Shown piece by piece: positions 1-45,268 of a DNA stretch of 64,000 nt. Each line of letters starts with the position of its first letter. Positions within the stretch are counted from its first letter, which is position 1. The DNA comes from Macrostomum lignano. Taxonomy: Eukaryota. A program made the translations under genes and the position numbers. Location: positions 61,723-125,722 of the forward strand of contig NIVC01002587.1 of assembly GCA_002269645.1 (NCBI GenBank), given 5' to 3'. The notes beneath the pieces were generated by a model. That model saw only the letters and a program-made list of their open reading frames with translations, made no database searches and was not told the origin of the DNA.

Positions 1-1271
1 TAACCAGTATTCTGCACCTGCTGCACAACTGTCTGATATTCTAAGCCTCCATTCTGCATCCATTTTTTTATCTTTACAAAAGAAGTGAAGTCGCGACAAG
101 GGGGGGTGGCTGCATCAAAGCGTTCGTCCAGTTGCTCCTCTGCTGTCGCGAATTACCCTCAGCACGAAATTTGGTCTTGCAACAAAGTTTAATATTTGAA
201 TGCTATAGATACTACTACTTACTACTGCTACACCTACAATTGACTCCGTTCTGATGCTTGTGCTTTAGCAATATTTTGTTAGTCATCCACGCAATCATTG
301 GACACCTTTATTTTCACACAGGCTGACCAGCTAAACCCTATGATAGCGAAATTTTCACCATTCACATGTTTGCTAATCAAATTTTAACTAAAATGTTTTG
401 TTTTAACTTTTTTATAATTCAGTTAGTCATGGAGAGTTAATTAAAGTTTGTCCTGCATGACAGTCCTTAAATATTGTTAAACTTTAATATGATATTATTT
501 TTCATCCATCATTGCAGATAAAAGTGTGTGTCGCAGAAGTGTTTTGGTCCAATTGTGCTGCCGTGTCTCATTTCCTATAAATACAGAGCATACAGAACCC
601 GACACTTACTTTTACTTGTTCGATATTCGCGCCCTCTTTTGTGCTTTGTCAATTTTGAAGAGACAATTTAGGAGACACTCAAATTCCCAGCTGAAATTCA
701 CTGCGAATTTGTGAGCAGGTAACCCTGACTGTCTCGCCGTATTCGATCGATACGAGGTAGCTGTCTGCTAGGCTCAAAACGCAACTGAAGTTGCTACACG
801 CAGGGTTGCGAAAGTAAAAATGAGTTGCCTTTTAATTGATGGATCCATTGCGTCCTTTTACTATCGCGCAACGCGCAACTGATTCTCAGTGGCCCTGTAC
901 TGCCGTGTCCCTCGGCAAGAATCCGGAAAAGTTCCGGAAAAGAGACCGGCATGAAAGAAACTAACCCATCTATCGACCCATAGCTATAATATACCCTGCA
1001 TTGATTGGGAAGTGCTGAAAAGTAGGCTGAGCGATGAAGCGGTCGGGAGCCTGAGCACTACTCATTACAGTGATTTTTCCCGTTGAAACTCATTCACTCA
1101 ATCTGCTGTGCTGAGAATTCACGCACTGCCCTCTAAGCCTCTTTGCGTGGAATACTTGATGGCGAGTTAGCTAGTAGCAATCTAAAACTTGCGATACAGA
1201 CTACTGCGATACGGTAATGGGCTCAGTAGCAGTCTCTGGCTAATCCGCAGTCTCCCCCGCCTCTCCCACCC

Positions 1272-1316
1272 ATCGCCCTCTCTCCCTCCCTCTCTCTCTC
1301 TCTCTCTCTGTCTCTC
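1272..1316. repeat. (CT)n-rich tract in a pyrimidine-rich region upstream of the innexin
   Basis: ctctccctccctctctctctctctctctctgtctctcc read directly from the sequence. Confidence 0.8.
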
Positions 1317-2245
1317 CGGTTTTCTCAACGGCGACATTTTTTCCCAAGCCCAGCAACCAACCAGGAACCAGGACACGCCGCAACCCTTCGCTCTCTCCTT
1401 CGTGAGTCGCAGTCATTTGCGCAGCCTCCTGCTTCGCCAGGTCTCGCACACAAAAGCTCACGCATCTGCGCCTCCTCCGCCCCTCTCCGCCAGTCCCCTG
1501 CCGATCGCTCTTCCTGTCTGCCTCCTACTGCTCCCCCCGCTCTATTGTTAATCCATAATCATTTATTGTCCCGCCTACCCCGCAGAGCATTTCCCGTACT
1601 CTCCCGTAGCCAACGCCGTCCAAATCAGAGGAAATCTAAGCGGCTGCTCCCCCCTTCTAGCAGTACCTTCAGTAGCAGTTCCCTTTTCCTGCATCTCCCT
1701 CTCCTCCCTAGCCTCTCTCGGCCGTTCCACCTCCATCTGTTTGATAATTTATGATGCCCCGGATTGCCGGACCGGGCCCGGCGCGCTACAACAATAATCG
1801 TCGCTCCCGGAGTCTGCTCAAGCCAGAAGAAGAAGCGGCTCCCCTCTCCGGTCAGCTTTGCCGTCCATTGCCAAACCTGCAGTGCTGAAACCTGCAGTTT
1901 GTGATTGCAGAGCAACTGGGAATGCAGAATTAGGAGATTCCCTCGTGAGCGATCAAGTCGCTCTGCTCTTTGAAACAGATCACGAAGAGTCGGTAGCTTC
2001 GCTATAGAAATTATTGCTCAGCCGACAACATTCCACCGCAGCGGCAAACAGGGTCGACTTTGTCAGTTGACACAGGTTTACAGATAACAAGCGCCAAAGT
2101 GGCATTTCAAAAGACAGGTAGGTGGCAAGTAGTTGCCTGCTCCTTGACGCCTTTTAGAAGCGGGCAAGCCGCATCCTAATCAAAACTCTAACCCCACAAC
2201 AATGGCATCTTATTGAAGCAGAAAAATTCGTGCCATAAACCCAAG

Positions 2246-2352
2246 TCTAGCCATGACTCTAGCCATGACTCTAGCCATAACTCTAGCCATAACTCTAGCC
2301 ATAACTCTAGCCATAACTCTAGCCATAACTCTAGCCATAACTCTAGCCATAA
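2246..2352. repeat. 12-bp tandem repeat (CTCTAGCCATAA), about 9 copies
   Basis: Visible period of 12. Degenerate tagccataa copies recur at about 2685-2755, beyond the SINE. Confidence 0.9.
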
Positions 2353-2406
2353 TAACTCTCTAGTGCCCAGAGCCGTACTCCAGTTATTTAATTAATCAAT
2401 TAATTT

Positions 2407-2639
2407 TGGCCAGATGTGCAACCGACAGCTCAGCCGCAGCTATTGCTAAGGCTACTAAGGCTGCGTACGGCTGTTCAGTCCAAGGACTGGGTGGTCGCCA
2501 CACACACCCTCAATTACCCCAGCTAATGCTGGTACCCATTTTACGGCTGGGTGAACTGAAGCAATGCAGAGTTAAGTGTCTTGCTCAAGGACACAAATGG
2601 TTCCAGTGGGATCAGGAATCGAACCCCCGACCTTCAAGT
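2407..2639 (-). mobile_element. tRNA-derived SINE copy, 5' end truncated or diverged
   Basis: Reverse-complement match along ~230 bp to the element at 24702-24972. Contains GGAATCGAACC, the reverse complement of the B box GGTTCGATTCC. Confidence 0.8.
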
Positions 2640-3514
2640 CTTGATATTACGAGCATATTATTGTTATTATACCCCTAAAAATGGCCATAACCCTTGTCGC
2701 TTTAGCAATAACCTTAGCCATAATTCTAGCCGTGACCATTTAGCCTACACCAAAGCCTAAGCGACATCTAAGCTGCAGCTTTATCTGCGGCGAATAGGCG
2801 GCACAATGCCCGGCATATTCAATCCGCCTGCTCAGATGCGCCACTTCCGACGAGTTCATCCTCTTATCACGGCACCCGGACTCCCCCGGGGTCGTGTCAA
2901 TCAATTTGCCACTATCCGCTTTGTGCCAGGCCCTGCTCCTACCCCCCCCCCTCCCCTGGTCCATCGGGCCACTCTGAACTCATCAAGCACCTATTATCGA
3001 TCGCAGAGAGTAGTCCAACAGACGCGCGCTCAGCGCCGTCAGTCAGTCATACGAGATGGGATTAGTCGATGGTGGATTTTTTACGATTGCCCATTTTTTG
3101 TGCAATCCTTTTTTCTCCCAACGTTTCGGTTCCCATGCCTCGGCTCGCAAATGACCGACTTGAGGAGATTAAGTGTATGGCAAAGGCGAATTATGAAACC
3201 ATGCAGCATGGCTCGATCGATGCAACGCACCCATTGATGCGAGCTTGATGAGCTAAATCAACTATGCTGAACAATTTCCGAATTCTAATGACCTCCCCTG
3301 GTTGCTAGGGTTATGCGTGCATGCAGTCTTTTCAGTGGAAAATGATGACTCAATTGAAATTTATTCATCCCTAACGCCAGGTCCTCTCCGAGAGGTTCTT
3401 TTCGCCGGGTACCAGAGAGAAGGCTCTCACCAAGCCAGCGGCCTCGGCTCCAGCGGAGGCGGGCATCACACCCACGGCGGATCGCACGGCGTCCAGGGCG
3501 GCCACGGCAGCGAG

Positions 3515-12409
<8,895 letters not shown>

Positions 12410-14680
12410 CGGCCTCGATGGATCTCTGCCCTATGGAGGGGCGCGAATATTGGCTAAACTAATTAGGTGTTCAATTTGTACTTTATAAAGACTCTCTTTA
12501 ACCTTTGACTGCCGATAAATTTGTTGCGTCATCGCTTCCCTTCCATGTCAATGCTCCCCTCCGACACTGCTATATTGACACTCAATGCTCATTGGCCCAT
12601 TGTGGGGCTGTGTACATTACCTCACACAATTTTATTCAGCCTATTCACCTATTTTTCTCACTCAACGCGCCTCATTCCCGCTCTAGAGCTCAAGCAGGTG
12701 GATTATCTGGGAACCCTGGATTAGGATCAATCTTAATTGTCGTTTGTACGCAAGTATGAGATGGCTCTTAGGTAATTAAAAAAAAACAAGACTAAACAAA
12801 CCACAAGACAAGTTATAGCGTCCATTGTGAGAGAACGGCCCCAGATTGCATTCATTTATACGAATGAATCATTGAAACAAAATGTTTTATTAACTTTTAA
12901 ATTACACTTAAATTACATCTTTTACATCTTTTATCTTCGACGAAAATTTTATTATTATATTATCATTATTATAGTAATCAATATTTCAGTAATATTAATT
13001 ATTATTGTTAATATCATACTTATTGTATTATCGTTATAATTAATTCACAGTAAATTAACCACAGTCAGCACTCTACAATATTATAATAAGCATTAAAGTA
13101 AACTGTTTCTTTGCATGTTTTTTGACAGTGCAGTGGCATGTTAATTTCTAATTGAATAGCTATATATAACTTTTCTGTTTAAAAATTGCCGCTATAAACT
13201 TATTTTCTTTGAACTTTTTCTCTTCATAAGACTTAGACTCGTGTTGTCATTTTTGCCCGAACTCACGCCCATTTAATTGCATCGTATTTTATCTATAGCA
13301 ACCTTTTTCGTTGTTGCAATTCTAGGAATCGAGTCTATTTTAATCTGATTGGACTTATTGAACAGCAGTGCAATTGTGATTTAAGCAGCGCCTACCTGTA
13401 CAAAGCTGAATTGTATTGCCGCAACACGCTGTGATCAGCAGACTCAAATTAGATTTATTTATGTTTATGTTCTTCTATTTCTGTCTGTTTTAGATTATTC
13501 TCTCTTTTATTGTTCGCTGTATTTTTCTGTTTCTTCTTTAACAATAAGAGCGCATATTTTTTGACTAATTGATCACTGAGCTGTGGAGTAGATTTCACAG
13601 CCAGTTTTCTGTAGTGTTCTATACTGGTAGCTAGCCCTTGGTAGTTATCCCATTCATGCCTCCTGTACAATGACCACTAGAAGTTAACGCTGCATCATGA
13701 CGTATCACTCAATTTGGCTTGAAGTTGGGAGCCTAACAGTTTTGTATTGTAGTACTAAATTGTCAACATCTCACATTCAGGGGCTTCCCTGTTGTAAAAT
13801 TGACTTGATGTATAGATTCTGCTGGAATCGGGAAAAGCTTACGTACTGTGTGCACTTTCTAGACAAAAGTATGCTAGAGAGACAAGAAGTACGGTAATTT
13901 TGCGCGTCTGACACCAGTCTGGCTCTGGCTCCAGTGGCAACTCAAATTAAGCGCACGCTAGCTGACAGGTAAGAAATAGTCCATGAAGTACTTAAAATGT
14001 AGACTTTCTATCTCATCAATGCACTTTAAGCGGAATTTTAAAGAAAAATTGAGACTTTGAAACTTTTCTATAGAACACGAGTTTTTACGTCCTGTCCAAC
14101 GACAACTTCTAGCGGTCCTTGCCCTCTATTTTATGTGACTCTTTTACGTGAGGGCTGGTTATTGTGCTTATTTTGTTTGAAATGGCTTTGATATTTAAAA
14201 TTCTGTACAAGTAACTTTAAAACGTTTCTCGCTAACGAGCGTATATAGTGTACACACCTGTGTTTGAATTTCCACTGTGCAGCGAAGAGGCAATTACTGT
14301 GACAGTCACGCGGAGCAGTTAAAATGCGTCCACAAAGAAGCACATTGTCAATAAACACATGGAATTATTGCTGTTTAACCAGCAGCAGATAGCACTTTTG
14401 TTTTGTTTGCCGTGAGTCACACTGATGATGCGCTAACAGCACCGTTTAATTGACTATTTCTTCCGCTTCAGATTTGATTCGTGCAAATTAAAGCATGTAC
14501 CGGCAAATTTAAGATAGTTTATGTTGCTTGAGACATTGTTTAGTCCTGATACACGGTTAGTCCGCATCGCAGCGCAGCAGGCCCTGACAGTTGCTTCGCA
14601 GTCCTTGAAATTACGATGTTTATTTTGTTCTTTGAAAATTACAGTGGAGGCGCTGTAGGGAGGAACGTCAGCAACAGAGG

Positions 14681-15641
14681 AGGTGCCAGTCACAGAGCAG
14701 GTGCTATGCAGTCACAGAGCAGGTGCCAGTCACAGAGCAGGTGCCAGTCACAGAGCAGGTGCCAGTCACAGAGCAGGTGCCAGTCACAGAGCAGGTGCCA
14801 GTCACAGAGCAGGTGCCAGTCACAGAGCAGGTGCCAGTCACAGAGCAGGTGCCAGTCACAGAGCAGGTGCCAGTCACAGAGCAGGTGCCAGTCACAGAGC
14901 AGGTGCCAGTCACAGAGCAGGTGCCAGTCACAGAGCAGGTGCCAGTCACAGAGCAGGTGCCAGTCACAGAGCAGGTGCCAGTCACAGAGCAGGTGCCAGT
15001 CACAGAGCAGGTGCCAGTCACAGAGCAGGTGCCAGTCACAGAGCAGGTGCCAGTCACAGAGCAGGTGCCAGTCACAGAGCAGGTGCCAGTCACAGAGCAG
15101 GTGCCAGTCACAGAGCAGGTGCCAGTCACAGAGCAGGTGCCAGTCACAGAGCAGGTGCCAGTCACAGAGCAGGTGCCAGTCACAGAGCAGGTGCCAGTCA
15201 CAGAGCAGGTGCCAGTCACAGAGCAGGTGCCAGTCACAGAGCAGGTGCCAGTCACAGACAGAGCAGGTGCCAGTCACAGAGCAGGTGCCAGTCACAGAGC
15301 AGGTGCCAGTCACAGAGCAGGTGCCAGTCACAGAGCAGGTGCCAGTCACAGACAGAGCAGGTGCCAGTCACAGAGCAGGTGCCAGTCACAGAGCAGGTGC
15401 CAGTCACAGAGCAGGTGCCAGTCACAGAGCAGGTGCCAGTCACAGAGCAGGTGCCAGTCACAGAGCAGGTGCCAGTCACAGAGCAGGTGCCAGTCACAGA
15501 GCAGGTGCCAGTCACAGAGCAGGTGCCAGTCACAGAGCAGGTGCCAGTCACAGAGCAGGTGCCAGTCACAGAGCAGGTGCCAGTCACAGAGCAGGTGCCA
15601 GTCACAGAGCAGGTGCCAGTCACAGAGCAGGTGCCAGTCAC
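14681..15641. repeat. 18-bp minisatellite (GAGCAGGTGCCAGTCACA), ~53 near-perfect copies
   Basis: Direct reading. One diverged unit near the start and two +4 (GACA) variants at ~15257 and ~15351. Confidence 0.97.
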
Positions 15642-15781
15642 TGAACAACTTGGCTTGCTGGAAATTGTGACCCCTAGTTGAAAAGAAAACGCCAAGAAAA
15701 CGCTGACAAAATCGGCAAATTTTTGTATTTTCGACGGCATCACTGAGGAAGGCTTCAAAATTTATATCGCGCGTGTTTTAA

Positions 15782-17081
15782 CAGTAGGAATACCAAGCCA
15801 TTTTTCCGCCCGTCGAACTACCAAGAGGGGGGGGGGAAATTGACCCCCCCTGACAATTTTTTTCGCTGCGCCGGAACGGAGCAACGCAGGCACACGAAAT
15901 TCAAGAACACGGGCTAACTTTTTGTTGCGCACCTTCTCAAACAAGAATCAAGTCACCAGCCCTTCGGACCGTCGAGATATTCGACGATTCTGCCAGAAGG
16001 TCGGATTTTTCCCATAAGCGCTAGTGTATTCAGTACACCCCTGTGCGCCAATTAGCACTGCGCCTCAGTGCAGCCTTGCCAAGTCTCCAAATTCCATCAG
16101 CACGTCGAACACGTGTCTGCATAAGTTCTGACTTCGTTGGTCACTAGCCTTCACCCAAGTGGAGCTTCTGGACCCTCAACAGCTGTGGCACCAGGTGACT
16201 ATGGACACCCTGATTCGGATTTCTCTAGTTTCGCCGATCAAGCCTCAACATTCCTTGAGAATGGCTGAATGCTTGACTGACTAGCTGAGGATGTCCAGCA
16301 GTTGATTCCTTGAGAATGGCTGAATGCTTGACTGACTAGCTGAGGATGTCCAGCAGTTGATTCCTTGAGAATGGCTGAATGCTTGACTGACTAGCTGAGG
16401 ATGTCCAGCAGTTGATTCCTTGAGAATGGCTGAATGCTTGACTGACTAGCTGAGGATGTCCAGCAGTTGATTCCTTGAGAATGGCTGAATGCTTGACTGA
16501 CTAGCTGAGGATGTCCAGCAGTTGATTCCTTGAGAATGGCTGAATGCTTGACTGACTAGCTGAGGATGTCCAGCAGTTGATTCCTTGAGAATGGCTGAAT
16601 GCTTGACTGACTAGCTGAGGATGTCCAGCAGTTGATTTTTGCCCACTATCGAGGCTTGATCAGCGAAACTAGAGGAATTCTTATCAGGCTGTCCATAGTC
16701 ACCTGGTGTAATCTGTTGAAGGAGCCGACGGCGTCGGGATGATGACGGAATGCTTGAGAGACTAGCTGAGAATGTCTGGCGGTTGATTCTTGCCCACTGT
16801 TTTGGAGACTTGGCAAGGCTGCACTGAGGCGCAGTGCTAATTGGCGCACAGGGGTGTACTGAATACACTAGCACTTATGGGAAAAATCCGACCTTCTGGC
16901 AGAATCGTCGAATATCTCGACGGTCCGAAGGGCTGGCGACTTGATTCTTGTTTGAGAAGGTGCGCAACAAAAAGTTAGCCCGTGTTCTTGAATTTCGTGT
17001 GCCTGCGTTGCTCCGTTCCGGCGCAGCGAAAAAAATTGTCAGGAGGGGGAATTTCCCCCCCCCCTCTTGGTAGTTCTACTG
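15782..17081. mobile_element. Non-autonomous foldback/MITE-like DNA element with ~285-310 bp terminal inverted repeats, flanked by TTAA
   Basis: ttaa|CAGTAG at 15778-15787 and CTACTG|ttaa at 17076-17085. ~15808-16090 is the near-perfect reverse complement of ~16801-17076. A second inverted pair lies at ~16190-16250 and ~16650-16708. Confidence 0.85.
16250..16636. repeat. 55-bp tandem repeat, 7 copies, inside the foldback element
   Basis: ATGGCT recurs at 16261, 16316, 16371, 16426, 16481, 16536 and 16591. Confidence 0.95.
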
Positions 17082-18180
17082 TTAATACAGAATTCCTCAG
17101 AAAGAATGAATCATTTTTTAGCCCAGCTAAAAGACCAAAGCGAATTTCCTTTGTCTTTAGCAGCAGAAATTCAAGCACAATTTTTTTTAATTTCAACTGA
17201 TCGCCTTTTAGAGCCTTAGCCCTTAGCAGAGATATTGAGCGGACACGAAGGCAATGTTGAGAGCTATCCAAACTTGTCGATTAAGTTTTCCTCAGAAGCT
17301 TCTTGATTGCATATCATATCAATGCATTCGTTTTTTTTGGTCCTTTTCGGTCGGAGGCGGGCTCAGGATTCCCGTATCGCAGCTGGAGCCAGTGAAGAAC
17401 TGAATCGATGGCAGAGACGCAAGGGGACGCGGCTATCTCAGCGACGTCTCGCACCTGTGGATTAGCCCACTGCCCCGTCCCAGCTCTATCATGGACTTCT
17501 AGAAAATGTGGACTGAAAGCTAAGCTCTAAAATTGTAAAAAAAATTGATTTTTTAGTCAATTTTAGATTTGGTTTAAGTAACTACCTTATTTGGATACGA
17601 GTATAGGAAAATGTTTAAAAGATTGATATCTTTTTATTCCGCAAAGAAGAAGCAAGCAGATAAGGGCTGTTGCGCACCATTCAATGGATGGATTTCAATC
17701 AATCGGATCGAGAGCCGGATCGGGGTGCGTTCGTACTCAGGCTCCAGCACGCCTGGTTGGTGGGGTGACTTCACCCAACCAACCAGCTTGGTGCCGGATG
17801 ACACCAAGGCGCGCACCATGTGAATACGGCTTTTTCCTATTTTCGTTTTCCAGTCCACATCATCTAGGAGTCCATGGATTTTGCCAAGTTTAGAATCCCC
17901 ATTTCCCAGATGTTGTTTGAAGACTATCCTCTGCGTGGGCAGCAAGCGATCGCTCTCCAGGGGCCAGAAGTTCTTTATTTATACAACATGTCATTCCAGT
18001 CTTTCAGGCACTAAGAGTTAAAAATTGACAGCCTTCTTTACGACATTCACAGACGCGCTTGAAATCGAGAAATTTCCGTATCGGTAAGACGAACAATTTG
18101 CATGCTTTTCCTGAAACAGTTATGTCTCGCTTTTCATGTTGGTTTAACTACCGTAAACACACCACGCCTGACAGATCGTC

Positions 18181-20141
18181 ATGTCGAGCAACCTGCAGCT
18201 GTGCTGCTGCCTCATGCTACTAACGTCAGTAGCATTGGCCAGCCTTGTGGAGAATCAGGCCAGCAGCTTGGAGCGGGCGCCTAGTCTGGTCTACAAAGGC
18301 AGTCGGCTGCGCTGCTACAAGTACGGCGATGCTCGCATCGTCCAGCCCTTCGTTGCCATGCAGTTGCCAAGCCGGTCGAGGGTGCTACGAGATCCCCTAG
18401 GAAACGGCTACTACTTCAACGTGCCGCTGAAGATCGTCAGCCATATGAAGCTGCCAAAGACGTCCCGCAGGCAGTGGCACATGTTTCAGATCAAACGCTT
18501 CAAGGTCCAGATGCGACAGCCAGCTTGCAAGTCCAAGTGTCCCCAGGTGAGCGTCCTGGCCGAGTGGCGCAAGGGCGATTCTCCGGTGGTTCGATTCAGC
18601 TGCAAACGCCGCAGCATTTGCAGGCGCCTGCTTCAGTCGCTGCGATTCAAGGGCGAACGCAGTCGCAGTCTGAGGGCCTCGCTCAGATTCACATTCTTCG
18701 GCCAGGCCAAGGACATGCAGTTCTCTCTCAGCCGGGTCAGCCTGCCGATCATCAATGCTGCAACGAGACCGTACCCGAAGGAGTTTTGGTTCGGTGAGTC
18801 AATGGTCGCGTGCTGTTCCTGAACTGCGCATTTCATTATAAAAATTTACCTATACCGTCATCCGCAGAAGGCGACAAGCTGGTGTTGTACACCATCAAGG
18901 CAAACATCGGAGTTTCAGCCTATAAAACTTACACCACGGAGCAAAACTATCCAGCACCCCGTGACGGCTCCCTCCCAGATGTGTACCGGTCTCACCTGGT
19001 CGATCAGATGGCAACTGTAGCCTCCACTGGTAGCTGGGAGATTGTGGCAGAGATGAGGAAGGCTGGACGTACAGTAGCCCAGCTTGTATTCGACGGCAAT
19101 CCTCGAGGCCTGAACAAGTTGTCCTGGTTTAGCAAAGAGAGGCTCATCTCCAGCAGGCCGTTCTGGATCGGTCACACCAACTTCAACTTCTTCTCCGTTG
19201 CAGGTCATGCAGCTATTAAACGTTATTTCTTCGTCAATTACCACTACGCAGGCTGCCCAGGCGACATCGGAGCCTTCATGGTGTCAGATAAAAAGGACCC
19301 TTGCCCATGGGCAAATCAGTACTGGCGAGGAAAAACCCCCGTGCTAGTTTACTCGGCCTACCAGAACGTTCGCTTCCAGAGCGGCAGCGCCAGGTCGGCC
19401 GATAATTTCCTGGTGTACATGAGATTCAAGCGACCATCAAGCAGTTCGGCTCCAGCAATTTCCGAAGCGTTCGAGTTCGGTAAATTTCACCAAAAATGCA
19501 CGATAACCCGTTTTGAATTCGCTTTCGAAATCCTTCTAGAAGACAATATGTTTAATTAATCAATTGCAGAGCCCAGCAAGATTTTGCTCTTCACTGTCAA
19601 AGCCAACTCGAATCAAAAAGCCGCTGCAACCTTCTTGAACAGCGCCATCAAGAGCAGAGTTCCAAAGAGTGGCAATCTGCCTAGCGTATTCCGTTCAGAG
19701 TTGATCGACAGTCTCAGCACACTGAATGCTAGGACTGGAAAGCACTACATCGTAGCAGAAATGCGTGCCGGCAGTCGAATGGTAGCCCAGGTTGTGTTTG
19801 ACATCTCTACCAAGCGATCCAAGCTTAACAAGGAGAACTGGTTTAGCAAGGAGCGTGTCGTATCGAGCTATCCCTATCCTGTTGGTAGTAAATTCAACTA
19901 CTTTTCGATCAGAGGCCACGCTGCAATCAAGCGCAGCTTCTTCATCAGCTTTAGCTACCATGGCTGCCCAGGAGATAGAGCCTTCTGGATGGTGTCCGAT
20001 GGCCGAGATCCTTGTCCTTGGGCTAACGCAAAGTGGAGTGGACGCAGCCCAGCTTTAATTTATACCAAGAGTAGAAGACCATTGCTGCAGAAGGGTGGAG
20101 CTCAGCATGATGCTGATCGCTTCCTTGTGTACCTGAAATAG
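18181..20141 (+). CDS. Uncharacterised secreted protein, 598 aa: signal peptide, basic N-terminal region, two tandem ~185-aa domains
   Basis: join(18181..18793,18868..19479,19570..20141) = 1797 nt; two phase-1 GT-AG introns of 74 and 90 nt. Hydrophobic N-terminus MSSNLQLCCCLMLLTSVALA. Exons 2 and 3 share VAEMR, WFSKER, GHAAIKR, GCPGD, DPCPWAN and ADxFLVY. AATAAA at 20194. Confidence 0.85.
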
Positions 20142-20447
20142 AAAGTTCCTGAAGTTTTCAGAAGAACTAATTGAGTAGGAATGGACAATGGACAATAAAC
20201 AGGAAATATCATGTTGGTGTCAGGTTAACAAAATTTAAATATACTAATAAAGATTATGACATGAAGTATCTATATTCGTCAGACTTGCTCTGCACTATCA
20301 AGAGATCTTGTTAGTTTCGATTGTATCGGATATTAATGAATTTTCGGTTTAAGTCAGCGGTCGGAAATTACTTTGTATCAAGGGCCAGATAGAGAACCTA
20401 GCGCATGACTGCGGGCCAGGAGGAGGGGATCAAAGATCGAGGAGAGG

Positions 20448-20580
20448 GAAGAGAGATAAGAGAAAGGAGAGGAGAGAGGAGAGGAGAGGGGAGAGGAGAG
20501 GAGAGAAGAGAGGAGGGGAGGAGAGGAGAGAGGAAGAGAGAGGAGAGGAGAGGAGAAGGGAGAGGAGAGGAGAGAAGAGA
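20448..20580. repeat. Purine-rich (GGAGA)-type low-complexity tract
   Basis: Direct reading. Confidence 0.85.
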
Positions 20581-21157
20581 GCTGCAGACAGGCATAATCT
20601 TGAGCGGGCCGGATAACGGAGATTACGGAGCAATCCTACCCCTGGTTTAAGTAAGTAATTCATTCTTTTCGAAATGTAGTACCTTAAATGTGGGAGAAGA
20701 AAAGTCCTTAGTCTCTTTGCTAATGACTTTACGACTAGGTTTACTCTTATTTGGTAAAAATTCTGACAAATAGCATGGTAATAATGAATAAAAATATACC
20801 TCTTTAACTCTGCTGCCATGGACCACAAAAATTTTTATTTATTCCAAAAACTGGCAAAAGTATTATATCTAACGGAATACTGTACTAGGTAATATTTCAA
20901 TTTTTCATTGTGAGAACATTCATATTATTCCCCGGTATAACAGTCGCAGCTTAAAAAAACCCAGCCTTCAGAAAAACTGCAAGTCTTCAAAATAGCTCCA
21001 TGAAGTAAATTTTTATATTACTTGGAATTTTAAGCTTCTTTAAGTAGTTTTAAATTCTACGTGTATTTTTTGTAACCAAATAACTCCAACCCAAGGTTCC
21101 TACATAAGGAAGATTTTTCCGGCATTTATTTGCTCGTATTTTTCATCGTTAGATACG

Positions 21158-21172
21158 GTTGCCATAAGTTAC
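21158..21172 (+). promoter_or_regulatory. Candidate RFX X-box upstream of the dynein gene
   Basis: GTTGCCATAAGTTAC resembles the X-box consensus GTTGCCATGGCAAC and lies ~135 bp before the ATG of a motile-cilium gene. The right half-site is imperfect. Confidence 0.4.
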
Positions 21173-21305
21173 ATAAATTTAGAAAAATTGGCAAACTTTT
21201 GAAATAAAGAGGTTTGAAATGTTTATTGTGCTTTACTGAGGGCCATATGGCTAAGACACGTACTTGTTAAATTATCATGAATGCATAATTAATTTCTTCG
21301 ACTAA

Positions 21306-45268
<23,963 letters not shown>

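Noticed and set aside
3302-3514. In-frame upstream extension of innexin exon 1 (ORF from TTG at 3302)
   Set aside because: No upstream in-frame ATG; the Met at 3515 gives a normal innexin N-terminus length.
14616-15758. QSQSRC/HRAGAS/VTEQVP repeat ORFs
   Set aside because: The 18-bp unit is stop-free in several frames; no unique coding context.
16250-16636. Possible CRISPR-like array (also considered for 29075-29903 and 25455-25812)
   Set aside because: Units are head-to-tail with no unique spacers, there are no cas genes, and the context is eukaryotic.
17640-18030. Exon-like GC-richer patches with an acceptor-like TTTTCGTTTTCCAG upstream of the secreted gene
   Set aside because: No consistent open spliced frame or recognisable motif could be built. 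May be UTR or a gene relic.
20142-21305. Operon-like coupling of the secreted gene and dynein (co-oriented, 1.16 kb apart)
   Set aside because: Cannot be shown from sequence, and the X-box-like site suggests an independent promoter. Needs spliced-leader read data.
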